From Bacteroidales bacterium (GTDB taxonomy: Bacteria > Bacteroidota > Bacteroidia > Bacteroidales > UBA12077): DNA of 64,000 bases. The stretch lies in contig JAIORB010000038.1 of assembly GCA_021108325.1 (NCBI GenBank), positions 17,217 through 81,216 on the forward strand, read 5' to 3'. Of the stretch, positions 43,436-53,286 are shown piece after piece. Made by a program: the position numbers and the translations under genes. The stretch's first letter is position 1; each line of letters begins with the position of its first letter. The notes beneath the pieces were generated by a model. That model saw only the letters and a list, made by a program, of their open reading frames with translations, made no database searches and had not been told where the DNA came from.

Positions 43436-46400
43436 ATGATGAGGAAACTAATAGAACGTTTTGTTGAATATCCTATATATGCTAATCTTATTATAGCTTT
43501 TGTATTAATTGCAGGATTAGTAAGTTTATTTTCCATGAAAAAAGCTTTTTTTCCGGAAGCTGAAAGCCGAATTATTACCGTATCTGTTTTTTATCCGGGA
43601 GCTTCGCCTGTTGAAATGGAAGAAGGAGTGACTTCGCGTATAGAAGAAGCTATAAGAGGCCTTGTGGGTATCAAGGAAATAAATTCAACATCGGTTGAAA
43701 ATAGTGCCAGTGTAACTATTGAAACGACAGGAGAATATCCTATTGATGAAGTTTTAATGGAAGTTAAAACAGCGGTTGATGGAATTTCATCATTGCCAAC
43801 GGCAGCTGAACGGCCCGTAGTTGCAAAGCGCAGATCAAGATCTGGTGCGCTTTATATGACATTAGTTTCTGCCGGGGAATATGATGTTGATTTAATGACT
43901 TTAAAAGAGTATGGTCAGCGAATAGAGGAAGACTTGATGAACTCCGGAGTTATGAGTCAGGTAACAGTGTCGGGATTTCCGCCGCCTGAAATTTCAGTTG
44001 AAGTAAAGGAAGAGGAATTACTTCGTTACAATATTACTATAAGTGAAATCATTAGAGCAATACAATTAAATAATCAGGATATTTCCGGTGGTCAGATTAA
44101 ATCTGATGAAGAAGAGTTATTAATTCGTCTTCGCTCCAGAAGTACCGACCCTGTTAAAATAGGGAATATTATTGTCCGCGGACAATCTGAAGGAGGTTTT
44201 ATAAGAATTCGTGATATTGCCGAAGTAAAAAAGAAATTTGCTGATACATCAAACGAATCATGGATTAATGGTAGAAATGCCGTATTTATTGGTGTCGATA
44301 AATTGCCTGAAGAAGACCTGGAAGAGATTACAATATATGCCAGGAAATATGCAGAAGAATTTAATGCTGAAAATCATGGTGTGAGATTAGAAACGGCATT
44401 TTCTTATTTAGAAATTTTAAATAGTCGTTTAGATTTACTTACAAAGAATGGTATAATCGGTTTAACTTTAGTAATTCTTGTATTATCCATGTTTTTAAGT
44501 GTGAGGTTATCCTTATGGGTGTCATGGGGTATTCCGTTTAGTTTCCTGGCAATGTTTATTTATGCTAACCTTGCCGGGATTACCATAAACATGATATCCT
44601 TATTTGGAATGATACTGGTAATTGGAATTCTGGTGGATGATGGAATTGTAATAGCGGAAAATATATATCTGCATTTCGAAAAAGGTAAAACACCAATGAA
44701 AGCAGCCGTTGATGGCACTATGGAGGTTATGCCTGCTGTTTTAACTTCGGTTACTACAACTATTATTGCATTTATACCTTTATTGTTACTCACAGGAACA
44801 CGAATGGAAATGATATATCATATGGCTATTGTGGTCATAGCAAGTTTATTCTTTTCATTATTCGAAGCTTTCTTTGTTTTACCTGCTCACCTAAGTAGTA
44901 ACATGATACTTAGTCGTAAAAGTTTAGAAAAGAAAAAAAGAGGGATTAAAAAATATTTTGAACGATTTATTATTTGGTTACGAGATGATATTTACCATCA
45001 TACTTTAATTTGGTTGTTAAAATGGCGACATGCAGTAATCGGAATTCCTGTTGCATTATTTTTAATTACAATTGGTTTGGTTGCCGGTGGTCATATTAAG
45101 AATACCTTCTTTCCAATGGTCGATTTTGATAATTTTGAAGTTAATATAGCTTTTACTCCAGGTGATGGTGAAAAACAAACAAAACAGTATTTAGATAAAT
45201 TTGAAATTTCCGTTTGGGAGGTAAATAAAGAACTATCAGAAGAATTCAATTTGGATGAAGATATTATTGATTTTGTAATGAAATCAGTTGGAAGTTCGTT
45301 TAGCGGCCAGGAAATTGGTTCTCATGCCGGAAATCTCAGGATTTACCCGATAAATCTGGAAGGGATAGATATTAGCGGGCATGATATTGCTAATCGGGTA
45401 AGAAAGAAAATTGGAAAAATTCCCGAAGCCAGAAAATTTACCGTAGCGGGTCGAAATCGCTGGGGAGCCCCTGTTTCAATAAGCTTAATGTCTAAAAATT
45501 TACAGGAATTAGATGAGGCGAAAGAATATTTAATGAGCCGTTTAACGGAGTTGCCACAATTAAAAGACATTAATGAAAATGTAGCTTTGGGAAAGCAGGA
45601 GATTAGACTAAAATTAAAGCCTAAAGCCTATTTTCTTGGTTTAGACGAAAATATAATAGCACAACAGGTGCGTCAGGGATTTTACGGAGGACAGGCACAG
45701 CGTTTGCAGGAAGGCCGTGATGAATTGCGTGTTTGGGTGCGTTATCCAAAGTCGGATCGACTTACTATCGGACAAATGGAAAATATGAAAATTAAAACGG
45801 CTAAGGGAGAATTTCCATTAACCGAATTAGTCGATTATCATATGGAAAGAGGTCCTGTTGCAATTAATCGCTATAATGGTTCGAGAGAAATAAGGGTTGA
45901 AGCAGAAACTGTTAATCCATTTGCTCCGGTTCCTGAAATATTAGATCAAATTAGTCATGAAATTATGCCCGATGTTGAAGCTCAGTTTGCAGGTATTCGA
46001 TATGAATATCAGGGTCAACAAAAAGCAGGAAATGAGGCTATGGCTAAAATTCTACCATATTTCTCAATCGCATTTTTGCTTATTATATTTATCATGATTA
46101 TTCATTTTAAAAGCTTTAATCAAACCTTAATAATATTGGCCATGATACCATTATCGATGCTTGGAGTGTTCTGGGGGCATGGAATTCATGGAAAGCCTTT
46201 ATCATTAATGAGTCTTTGGGGAATGGTTGCTTTAACCGGTGTAATTATTAACGATGCTATTGTTTTTCTTGCTAAGTACGATGGAAATTTATTGGAAGGG
46301 AAAAAAGTTCATGATGCAATAGTTGAAGCAGGAAAATTGAGATTAAGACCTATAATTCTTACTACTGTTACAACATCAGTCGGATTATTCCCAATGATTC

Positions 46401-46648
46401 TTGAAAAAAGTGTACAGGCTCAGTTTCTTATTCCTATGGCAATTAGTTTGGCATATGGAGTAGCAATTGGTACAATATTTATACTGATATTCTTCCCGGT
46501 TTTAATTATGTTGTTAAATGATATAAGAGTTTATTTAAAACTATTATGGACAGGGATTAAGCCTGAACGCGAAGATGTTGAAGTAGCTATAATCTTAAAT
46601 AAGCGTAAATTAAAATACGAATCAAATACACGAGATAAAGATGAATAA
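43436..46648 (+). CDS. RND efflux permease (AcrB/CzcA superfamily)
   Basis: 1070 aa with 12-TM architecture, two large periplasmic loops and the VIGILVDDGIV motif. Confidence 0.9.
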   Translation: MMRKLIERFVEYPIYANLIIAFVLIAGLVSLFSMKKAFFPEAESRIITVSVFYPGASPVEMEEGVTSRIEEAIRGLVGIKEINSTSVENSASVTIETTGEYPIDEVLMEVKTAVDGISSLPTAAERPVVAKRRSRSGALYMTLVSAGEYDVDLMTLKEYGQRIEEDLMNSGVMSQVTVSGFPPPEISVEVKEEELLRYNITISEIIRAIQLNNQDISGGQIKSDEEELLIRLRSRSTDPVKIGNIIVRGQSEGGFIRIRDIAEVKKKFADTSNESWINGRNAVFIGVDKLPEEDLEEITIYARKYAEEFNAENHGVRLETAFSYLEILNSRLDLLTKNGIIGLTLVILVLSMFLSVRLSLWVSWGIPFSFLAMFIYANLAGITINMISLFGMILVIGILVDDGIVIAENIYLHFEKGKTPMKAAVDGTMEVMPAVLTSVTTTIIAFIPLLLLTGTRMEMIYHMAIVVIASLFFSLFEAFFVLPAHLSSNMILSRKSLEKKKRGIKKYFERFIIWLRDDIYHHTLIWLLKWRHAVIGIPVALFLITIGLVAGGHIKNTFFPMVDFDNFEVNIAFTPGDGEKQTKQYLDKFEISVWEVNKELSEEFNLDEDIIDFVMKSVGSSFSGQEIGSHAGNLRIYPINLEGIDISGHDIANRVRKKIGKIPEARKFTVAGRNRWGAPVSISLMSKNLQELDEAKEYLMSRLTELPQLKDINENVALGKQEIRLKLKPKAYFLGLDENIIAQQVRQGFYGGQAQRLQEGRDELRVWVRYPKSDRLTIGQMENMKIKTAKGEFPLTELVDYHMERGPVAINRYNGSREIRVEAETVNPFAPVPEILDQISHEIMPDVEAQFAGIRYEYQGQQKAGNEAMAKILPYFSIAFLLIIFIMIIHFKSFNQTLIILAMIPLSMLGVFWGHGIHGKPLSLMSLWGMVALTGVIINDAIVFLAKYDGNLLEGKKVHDAIVEAGKLRLRPIILTTVTTSVGLFPMILEKSVQAQFLIPMAISLAYGVAIGTIFILIFFPVLIMLLNDIRVYLKLLWTGIKPEREDVEVAIILNKRKLKYESNTRDKDE

Positions 46649-47945
46649 AAAGAGTTTAATACTATATATTTTTTTAGTGGCAATTGTTTTTTCTGCTTTA
46701 TCAGTAAAATCACAGGAAACTGCTTTAAGTGTTTCTGATGCTTTAGAAAAAGCTCTGGAAAATAATTACGGAATCATAATATCGAAATCGGAAATTGAAA
46801 TAGCCAAAATCAATAATAACTGGGGAACTGCAGGACGAATACCAACAGTGGGTTTTGATGTTTCATCAATAAATAATAAGGAGTTACTTGACAATACAAG
46901 CACCAATATGATTTCGGGAGGAATAGGTGTAAATTGGACTATTTTCAACGGATTTAAAGTAAATATTACAAAAGATAAATTGGAGAGACTCGAAAATCTT
47001 ACAAAAGGTCGTTCGGCGGTTGTTGTAGAAAGTACAATTCAGGATGTTATAATGAGTTATTACAATATTCTACTTCAAAAAGAACAATTGGAAGTACTGA
47101 AAACGGTAATGCAATTATCAAAAGATCGATTTGATTATGAGCAAGTCCGACACGAAATAGGAGGCTCGGTTACATATAATGTTTTGTTGGCAAAGAATAT
47201 TTATCTGAATGATAAAGCTTTATATTTAAATCAGGAAGTTGTTGTGCGTAATACTATCAGAAATTTTAATTTTCTGGTAGGAGAAGAGCCCCAAATAACC
47301 TGGACTTTTTCTGAAGAATTTAATTCTGATACTACTGAATATATTTTAGGAGATTTGATGGATAAGATGTTGGCCAATAATCAAACCCTGCAAAATCAAT
47401 ACGCAAATCTTTTACTTCAGAAAAACGAGATTGATTTACAGCGCAGCAACTTATATCCTCGATTAAGTTTATCGGCAGGTATTGATAATTCATATTCATG
47501 GATTAACTCCGAAGGGCAGGCAGAAATTTATAATGAGGCACTTACTCCTTATGGAAATGTGAGTTTGTCGTATGATATTTATTCGGCAGGAAATCGCAAA
47601 AGAGCTATAAACATTGCAAAAATAAACGAAGAGATAACTCAGGTTGAAACTGATGAAATAAAACATAGCTTAACAAATCAGCTTTATAATGAGTTTGAAA
47701 CCTATAACTTGCGCAAAGTACTTTTAAATGTTGCTAATGAAAGTTTAGAAGCAGCCGAAATGAATCTTCAGATTGCCGACGAAAAATTCAAATCAGGAGC
47801 AATAAATTCATTTAATTATCGCGATATTCAGTTAAGTTATTTAAGGTCGGCAATTAATCAGCTGCAATCTGTTTATAACCTGATTTATTCCAATACTACA
47901 TTGACTCGTTTGACAGGAGGCTTTTTGGACGAGAAGAATCCTTAA
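46641..47945 (+). CDS. TolC-family outer-membrane efflux protein
   Basis: Signal peptide and duplicated OEP repeats. Its start overlaps the pump stop by 8 nt. Confidence 0.8.
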   Translation: MNKKSLILYIFLVAIVFSALSVKSQETALSVSDALEKALENNYGIIISKSEIEIAKINNNWGTAGRIPTVGFDVSSINNKELLDNTSTNMISGGIGVNWTIFNGFKVNITKDKLERLENLTKGRSAVVVESTIQDVIMSYYNILLQKEQLEVLKTVMQLSKDRFDYEQVRHEIGGSVTYNVLLAKNIYLNDKALYLNQEVVVRNTIRNFNFLVGEEPQITWTFSEEFNSDTTEYILGDLMDKMLANNQTLQNQYANLLLQKNEIDLQRSNLYPRLSLSAGIDNSYSWINSEGQAEIYNEALTPYGNVSLSYDIYSAGNRKRAINIAKINEEITQVETDEIKHSLTNQLYNEFETYNLRKVLLNVANESLEAAEMNLQIADEKFKSGAINSFNYRDIQLSYLRSAINQLQSVYNLIYSNTTLTRLTGGFLDEKNP

Positions 47946-47949
47946 GTTT

Positions 47950-49233
47950 TTAATTTTTTGAAGAAAAAATCTCAGGTGAAAAGGCTAATTGTATCCACAT
48001 GAAGTATTGTGTATTTGCCACATTACCATTAACTCCCTGAAGAATTTCCATGCTTTTGGTAGCATTAAATAATGACAATCCTATCCTTAATTCCGCAGGT
48101 ATTTCAGCTTTATATTTATACATAATATCAATTTCATCCCCTAAGGGTTTATTTAATTTAGCTGTAATATCAATAGGGTCGGGAATGCTTTTTTGTGTTG
48201 AAAAATTATGATAAACTATACGTAAACTATTTTTACTGTTAAATGCCACATTAGCTTTAGCATATATATCGACTATGCCTGCATCGGAAACACTTTTTGA
48301 GAGTATCGAAAAATAGTCCATGTTTCCTAAAAACTTGTTTCTGGCTCCATACAGGAGATCAAATGAATAATCAGTATCTGATGCGCTTGAAGGATCATTA
48401 CCACTAATAATATCTATTCCGGGCCCTAGTCCAAGTTTATTTGAAAATTTATATATCCCTTTTAACGACACTAAATAAGCATTTATCTTCTGGCTATTTA
48501 TATTAGTTCCTGTTTGATGATAAAAATATCCGTCAATTTCAAACCTTTTACTTTTTGTTTTAAAATAGGGGCCATACGTGGCAGTTACATAAACAGTTTC
48601 ACTACCTTCTTCCTTTTGATATCCTGACAAAACACCCATAAAACTTAATTTTGAACTTTGCCCTAAATTCTTACTTAAATATATAAAGTCTAAAAACTTC
48701 ATCTTATCAGGAGTATATTCATTCCCAATCTTGTTTTCAGTATCATTATTTAATGATAATCCGACATCAGCTCTAAAATCTTTATTATCAAATTTGTATA
48801 ACACCCCATCGTATGTTAAGCCGGTTTGACTCCAATTTCTCTTTGCAATGAGTCTTTGATCATCATATGCCCACTCTTGTCGTCCGATTTTTAAAAATGA
48901 ATAATCACCAAGATTTAGTTGAAACCATGCTTCATATAAATCAATACTGGCAATATCTCCTTTAACTGAAGTAGAACTATAAAGACCTTCATCTCCCCAT
49001 ACTCTCACATCTTGTCCCGTAATGTTTAAACTGTATTTTTCATTATCATACGATAATCCAAGGCGGGTTCTCTGCGATACAAAATACGCAGTATTATCAT
49101 CTTCTGAAAACATCGATTTATAACCATGTCGTATTTCGCCTCTTGGCCTTAATAGTGCCTTAATAGTAAGTTGAGCCTTTAATGATGTAAATGCTATAGC
49201 AATTAATAAAGTAGTGATTCCGATTTTTTTCAT
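47950..49233 (-). CDS. outer-membrane porin (alginate-export-like barrel), downstream of pstB
   Basis: Signal peptide with beta-strand-rich, Tyr/Gly-rich sequence. Same strand as the pst genes. Confidence 0.5.
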   Translation of the reverse strand: MKKIGITTLLIAIAFTSLKAQLTIKALLRPRGEIRHGYKSMFSEDDNTAYFVSQRTRLGLSYDNEKYSLNITGQDVRVWGDEGLYSSTSVKGDIASIDLYEAWFQLNLGDYSFLKIGRQEWAYDDQRLIAKRNWSQTGLTYDGVLYKFDNKDFRADVGLSLNNDTENKIGNEYTPDKMKFLDFIYLSKNLGQSSKLSFMGVLSGYQKEEGSETVYVTATYGPYFKTKSKRFEIDGYFYHQTGTNINSQKINAYLVSLKGIYKFSNKLGLGPGIDIISGNDPSSASDTDYSFDLLYGARNKFLGNMDYFSILSKSVSDAGIVDIYAKANVAFNSKNSLRIVYHNFSTQKSIPDPIDITAKLNKPLGDEIDIMYKYKAEIPAELRIGLSLFNATKSMEILQGVNGNVANTQYFMWIQLAFSPEIFSSKN

Positions 49234-49414
49234 AATTATTTGATTAACTGTTTACCGATATATTTATTTCATTCATGTGTCTGGTATAAAAAGAATAAAT
49301 TAGGATTATCAACCCTGTCAGGGTTGTGTTAATAAACTGATAACTGGCTTTGTCCGATTTAGAATTTTACATAATTAACCCTGACGAGGGTTTTTAGATT
49401 AGACTCATTCACAA

Positions 49415-50176
49415 TTAACTATATATCCCTTTGATATAAGATTTAGTTATTTCATTCCTGGGATGCTCAAATATTTGTTCAGCAGGTCCGTGTTCAATAA
49501 TTTCTCCCAGGTACATAAATATCACGTAATCTGCTACTCTTTTGGCCTGCCTTAAAATATGTGTTACCATTACAATAGTATAACGCTGTTTTAGTTTTAC
49601 AAATAATTCTTCAACCTCCCGGCTCGAAATAGGGTCAAGAGCTGATGTAGGTTCATCTGCCAATAAAATATCAGGATCGACTGACAAGCCACGTGCAAGA
49701 CATAATCTCTGTTGTTGCCCTATTGAAAGTGCCGATGCAGGATCTTTCAACCTGTCTTTTACCTCATCCCATAAACTAACTTGTCTTAAATAGTACTCGA
49801 CTCTTTTATTCAGAAACCTTTTTTTTCGTCTTCCACTGATACGCAACCCATAAGTAATATTATCATAAATACTCATCGGCAGTGGATAAGGGCTCTGTGC
49901 TAATAAACCCATTTTTTTTCTTAATTCGGTAATTTCTGTTTTTGGATGAAGTATATCTTCATCTCCATTAAAAATTCTGCCTTGTGTTTTAACTTCGGGA
50001 TACAAATCTGTAAGACGGTTCAGGCTTTTTAACAAAGTTGTTTTACCGCAACCTGAAGGCCCAAGAATTACTGTAAGTTTCTTTTCGGGAATCTGAACGT
50101 TTATATCTTTTAAAATATGATTTTTACCTATATGCAGATTAAGATTCTCGATATTTATTTTTGTTTCATTAATCAT
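49415..50176 (-). CDS. pstB: phosphate ABC transporter ATP-binding protein
   Basis: Walker A GPSGCGKTT, signature LSIGQQQR, Walker B LLADEPTSALD, and PstB-typical length. Confidence 0.9.
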   Translation of the reverse strand: MINETKINIENLNLHIGKNHILKDINVQIPEKKLTVILGPSGCGKTTLLKSLNRLTDLYPEVKTQGRIFNGDEDILHPKTEITELRKKMGLLAQSPYPLPMSIYDNITYGLRISGRRKKRFLNKRVEYYLRQVSLWDEVKDRLKDPASALSIGQQQRLCLARGLSVDPDILLADEPTSALDPISSREVEELFVKLKQRYTIVMVTHILRQAKRVADYVIFMYLGEIIEHGPAEQIFEHPRNEITKSYIKGIYS

Positions 50177-50182
50177 AATTCA

Positions 50183-51061
50183 TCATTTAATCTTATTTTT
50201 TTGATATTTCATAGAAAAACCGCGCGAAGCAATACTTATTATTAAAACTATTACGGTTAAAACCACAGCTGATGCATACGCTCTGTTTTGTACTTCGGGT
50301 ATTGGCGAACTCAATTGAAAAAATACTGATAAAGGCAAAGTTGCAGTAGGCTGTGAAAGTGAGGTTGGAATATAATCGGTATATCCTGCTGTAAAAAGTA
50401 CGGCTGCGGCATCGCCAATTGCTCTTCCGAATGCGAGCAAAATTGCAGTTATTATTCCAGGGATACATTGCCGCAGCATAACCCTGAATGCTGTTTCAGA
50501 TCGGGTTGAACCCAAAGAAAATGCTGACTCCAGTAAGCCTTTGGGGACTGTTTTCAATACTTCGTCCATTGAACGAACCATTATAGGAATTATGAATAAA
50601 GTAACTGTTAGTATTCCGGCTAATAAAGAAGTGCGTAAGCCTAATAATACCATTAAAGTAAATCCGAAAGCACCGTACACTATTGAGGGAACTCCCCATA
50701 AAAGATCAAGGAAAAACCGGATAGAATTCACAACATTTTTCTGTTTCAATTTATGAACATTCATGTAAAGGGCAAGCGGAAGACTAACAGCCAATGCAAG
50801 CAATGTCGCACCACCTGACAGATACAAAGATCCTATTATTGCATTCAAAATACCGCCTTCTTTTCCAAAATAATAACCACCTTTAGGGGTTTGTGTAATC
50901 ATGCTCCACGATAATGAAGGCATGCCTTTTACAAGAATGCTGATGATGATTGCCAACAACGCTATTATAATTATAACAGTAGATATTATCATTAATACCC
51001 TGTAAAATAGTTCTTCTGATTTTCTTAAAAGCTGACGATTCATTTTAAATCTTCTTTTCAT
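50183..51061 (-). CDS. pstA: phosphate ABC transporter permease PstA
   Basis: 6-TM permease with the EAA-like loop ESAFSLGSTRSETAFRV. Confidence 0.85.
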   Translation of the reverse strand: MKRRFKMNRQLLRKSEELFYRVLMIISTVIIIIALLAIIISILVKGMPSLSWSMITQTPKGGYYFGKEGGILNAIIGSLYLSGGATLLALAVSLPLALYMNVHKLKQKNVVNSIRFFLDLLWGVPSIVYGAFGFTLMVLLGLRTSLLAGILTVTLFIIPIMVRSMDEVLKTVPKGLLESAFSLGSTRSETAFRVMLRQCIPGIITAILLAFGRAIGDAAAVLFTAGYTDYIPTSLSQPTATLPLSVFFQLSSPIPEVQNRAYASAVVLTVIVLIISIASRGFSMKYQKNKIK

Positions 51062-51965
51062 AATGTATTATAATATATCGCGATCCCATGTTAAAAATAG
51101 TAACCACAATAAATAATATTAATGCTGCCAGCATTAATGCCGAATCATACATCGGGATAGACAACATTTCGCCATAATTGTTAGCAATCAGCGCGGGCAA
51201 AGGGTAACCTGCCTGAAAAATTCCAGTAGGAATATGTACAACATTGCCTACAACCATAAGAACAGCTATTGTTTCACCAAACGCCCTGGATACGCCTAAT
51301 CCAAATGATGATATTATCCCGGGAAAAGCTTTTCGTGTTAATACTTTTTTTATTGTTTCCCACTTTGTTGCTCCCAATGATAGTGATGCCTCAGATAATT
51401 CAATCGGGATTGTTTTGTAAACTTCAATAAGAATATTCAGAATAAATGGAATTATCATGACTGCCAAAACCACTGCGCCAGCTAAAATGCTATAACCGGA
51501 CGAATGTACATTAAACCATCCGGCTATTTTTGAGACAAAAGGGACTATAATTATTATGCCCCATACACCATAAATTACAGAAGGGATACCTGCCAGGATA
51601 TCTATTACAGGTTGCATTATTTTTAATACAACTCTCCTGGCATATTGTGTCAGATAAATAGCTGTTAATAAACAAATCGGAGCTGCTATTATGACCGAAA
51701 TAAATGTTACCCACAATGAGCTTATTATAAATGGAAGAAATCCAAACTTGCCCGACATTGGTTTCCACTCGCTTGAGAATATAAGTTCTGTTAAAGATTT
51801 TTCACCAAATAATAATGAGGATTTAATTAATAAACCGGTAAGCAGAATGAAAGGCATTGCTAAAACCAGAATATAACAACATTTCATCCAAAAAGTGCTT
51901 AACTTTTCACGTAAATTTCTCCGTAACTTAAAATTAGTTAACACTAATGCTCTCATTATTATCAA
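51045..51965 (-). CDS. pstC: phosphate ABC transporter permease PstC
   Basis: 6-TM permease with EASLSLGATKWETIKKV. Overlaps pstA by 17 nt. Confidence 0.85.
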   Translation of the reverse strand: MIIMRALVLTNFKLRRNLREKLSTFWMKCCYILVLAMPFILLTGLLIKSSLLFGEKSLTELIFSSEWKPMSGKFGFLPFIISSLWVTFISVIIAAPICLLTAIYLTQYARRVVLKIMQPVIDILAGIPSVIYGVWGIIIIVPFVSKIAGWFNVHSSGYSILAGAVVLAVMIIPFILNILIEVYKTIPIELSEASLSLGATKWETIKKVLTRKAFPGIISSFGLGVSRAFGETIAVLMVVGNVVHIPTGIFQAGYPLPALIANNYGEMLSIPMYDSALMLAALILFIVVTIFNMGSRYIIIHYEKKI

Positions 51966-52015
51966 ATTGATTTTAGCTTTAGTTTAAATGAGTGTTGGAA
52001 AGTGTGTTTGTGTAC

Positions 52016-52085
52016 CGATAGCTATCGATACTTTGTGACTTAGCCCCGAAAGCTTTCGGGGTAGTGGCAGAATTTTTATTGCCAC
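52016..52085. repeat. three consecutive palindromic hairpins in the pstS-pstC spacer
   Basis: cgatagctatcg (52016-52027), ccccgaaagctttcgggg (52044-52061) and gtggca-N10-tgccac (52064-52085). The CGATAGCT / CCGAAAGCTTTCGG motifs recur at 61084-61142. Confidence 0.65.
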
Positions 52086-52122
52086 AAAAACACTAAGAAT
52101 GCACTAAGTTTTACATGCTAAA

Positions 52123-53106
52123 TTAAAGTTTGGCAAGTTCATTTATCAATTTATCATCAGATAATTGAACATATCCTCCTTCTTTTACATATACTTGTCC
52201 GTCCGTAACAATCCATTTCAAAAATTCTATCACTTCTTTACTTTCAGGTTTTCCTTTTGCTACGAAATATAATTCCCTTGCCGGTGGTGAAGGATATTTC
52301 TCTTCTTCAATAGCAACCATCATATCATCGAGAGAATCATAAAAGTTCTCATCATCATCAATTACACCATTTTCATTAATGTCAATTGGAATAACGTCAA
52401 GTCCCTGATGTTTTTTTCTTGAGCTTATATCATATATATAAATAACATTATTGTATCCGATTCCATAAATGTCAGACTTAACTGCATCAGCCATTCCGGG
52501 ATCACCAAAAATTCCTATACCATTAAGACTTTCCTGGTTTTTACCAAGATATGCTCCCCACATTTGAGCTGCACCGCAGGCATCAGAGCGGGTATATACA
52601 TTCATGTTTGTATTCTTCATTGTTTTATCTGCAAGCCATTCGTCCCAGGTTTTAATTTTTCCGTTAATAAAAATATCAATAAACTCATCGCGGGTTATAC
52701 CACGTTCTTTTACAATATCCAGTACCGGAGAATTTGCATTTATGGTGGGAAGTACCGCATCTTTTGTAACCGCTACCCACCAAACACCTTTTGCTTTTTC
52801 TACATCAGAAATTTCTCGTGAAAACATTCCCAAGTCTACAATTCCTGATAAAGCATCTGTCATTCCTTTTCCCGCTCCTCCTGCAGAAATATCTATTCGC
52901 ACTTTTGGGTGAATTTTACGGAATTCTTCTGCCCAGCGCGTAGTCATTGGATAAAGGGCAAAGGCACCTGAAATAGTAATTGTGCCTTTCAGTTCTTCTG
53001 CTGAATCATTTGAACCTGAATCAGATTCAGTATTTGTTTTTTTATTGTTACAGGCAAATAAAGTAACAATCAAAAAGATCAAAGAGAATAATTTAATTTT
53101 TTGCAT
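52123..53106 (-). CDS. pstS: phosphate-binding lipoprotein PstS
   Basis: Lipobox LFAC. GAFALYP...SAGGAGKG...TRSDACGAA is the pattern of PBP-type phosphate binders. Confidence 0.85.
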   Translation of the reverse strand: MQKIKLFSLIFLIVTLFACNNKKTNTESDSGSNDSAEELKGTITISGAFALYPMTTRWAEEFRKIHPKVRIDISAGGAGKGMTDALSGIVDLGMFSREISDVEKAKGVWWVAVTKDAVLPTINANSPVLDIVKERGITRDEFIDIFINGKIKTWDEWLADKTMKNTNMNVYTRSDACGAAQMWGAYLGKNQESLNGIGIFGDPGMADAVKSDIYGIGYNNVIYIYDISSRKKHQGLDVIPIDINENGVIDDDENFYDSLDDMMVAIEEEKYPSPPARELYFVAKGKPESKEVIEFLKWIVTDGQVYVKEGGYVQLSDDKLINELAKL

Positions 53107-53286
53107 AAAAATTGTTTTAGATTAATAATTCAAAAGTAGTCTCTGAAATAATCAATTAAAACAGTTTAAAACCCTAAATTTCTGTGTAAGTATTTATACT
53201 TAGAGGTAGCGAGAAGAGCAAATCATAATAGGGAAAGTGAATTGTATTCTTTCAAGGTTTTTAATTTATATTCGAATGTTTTGGTA

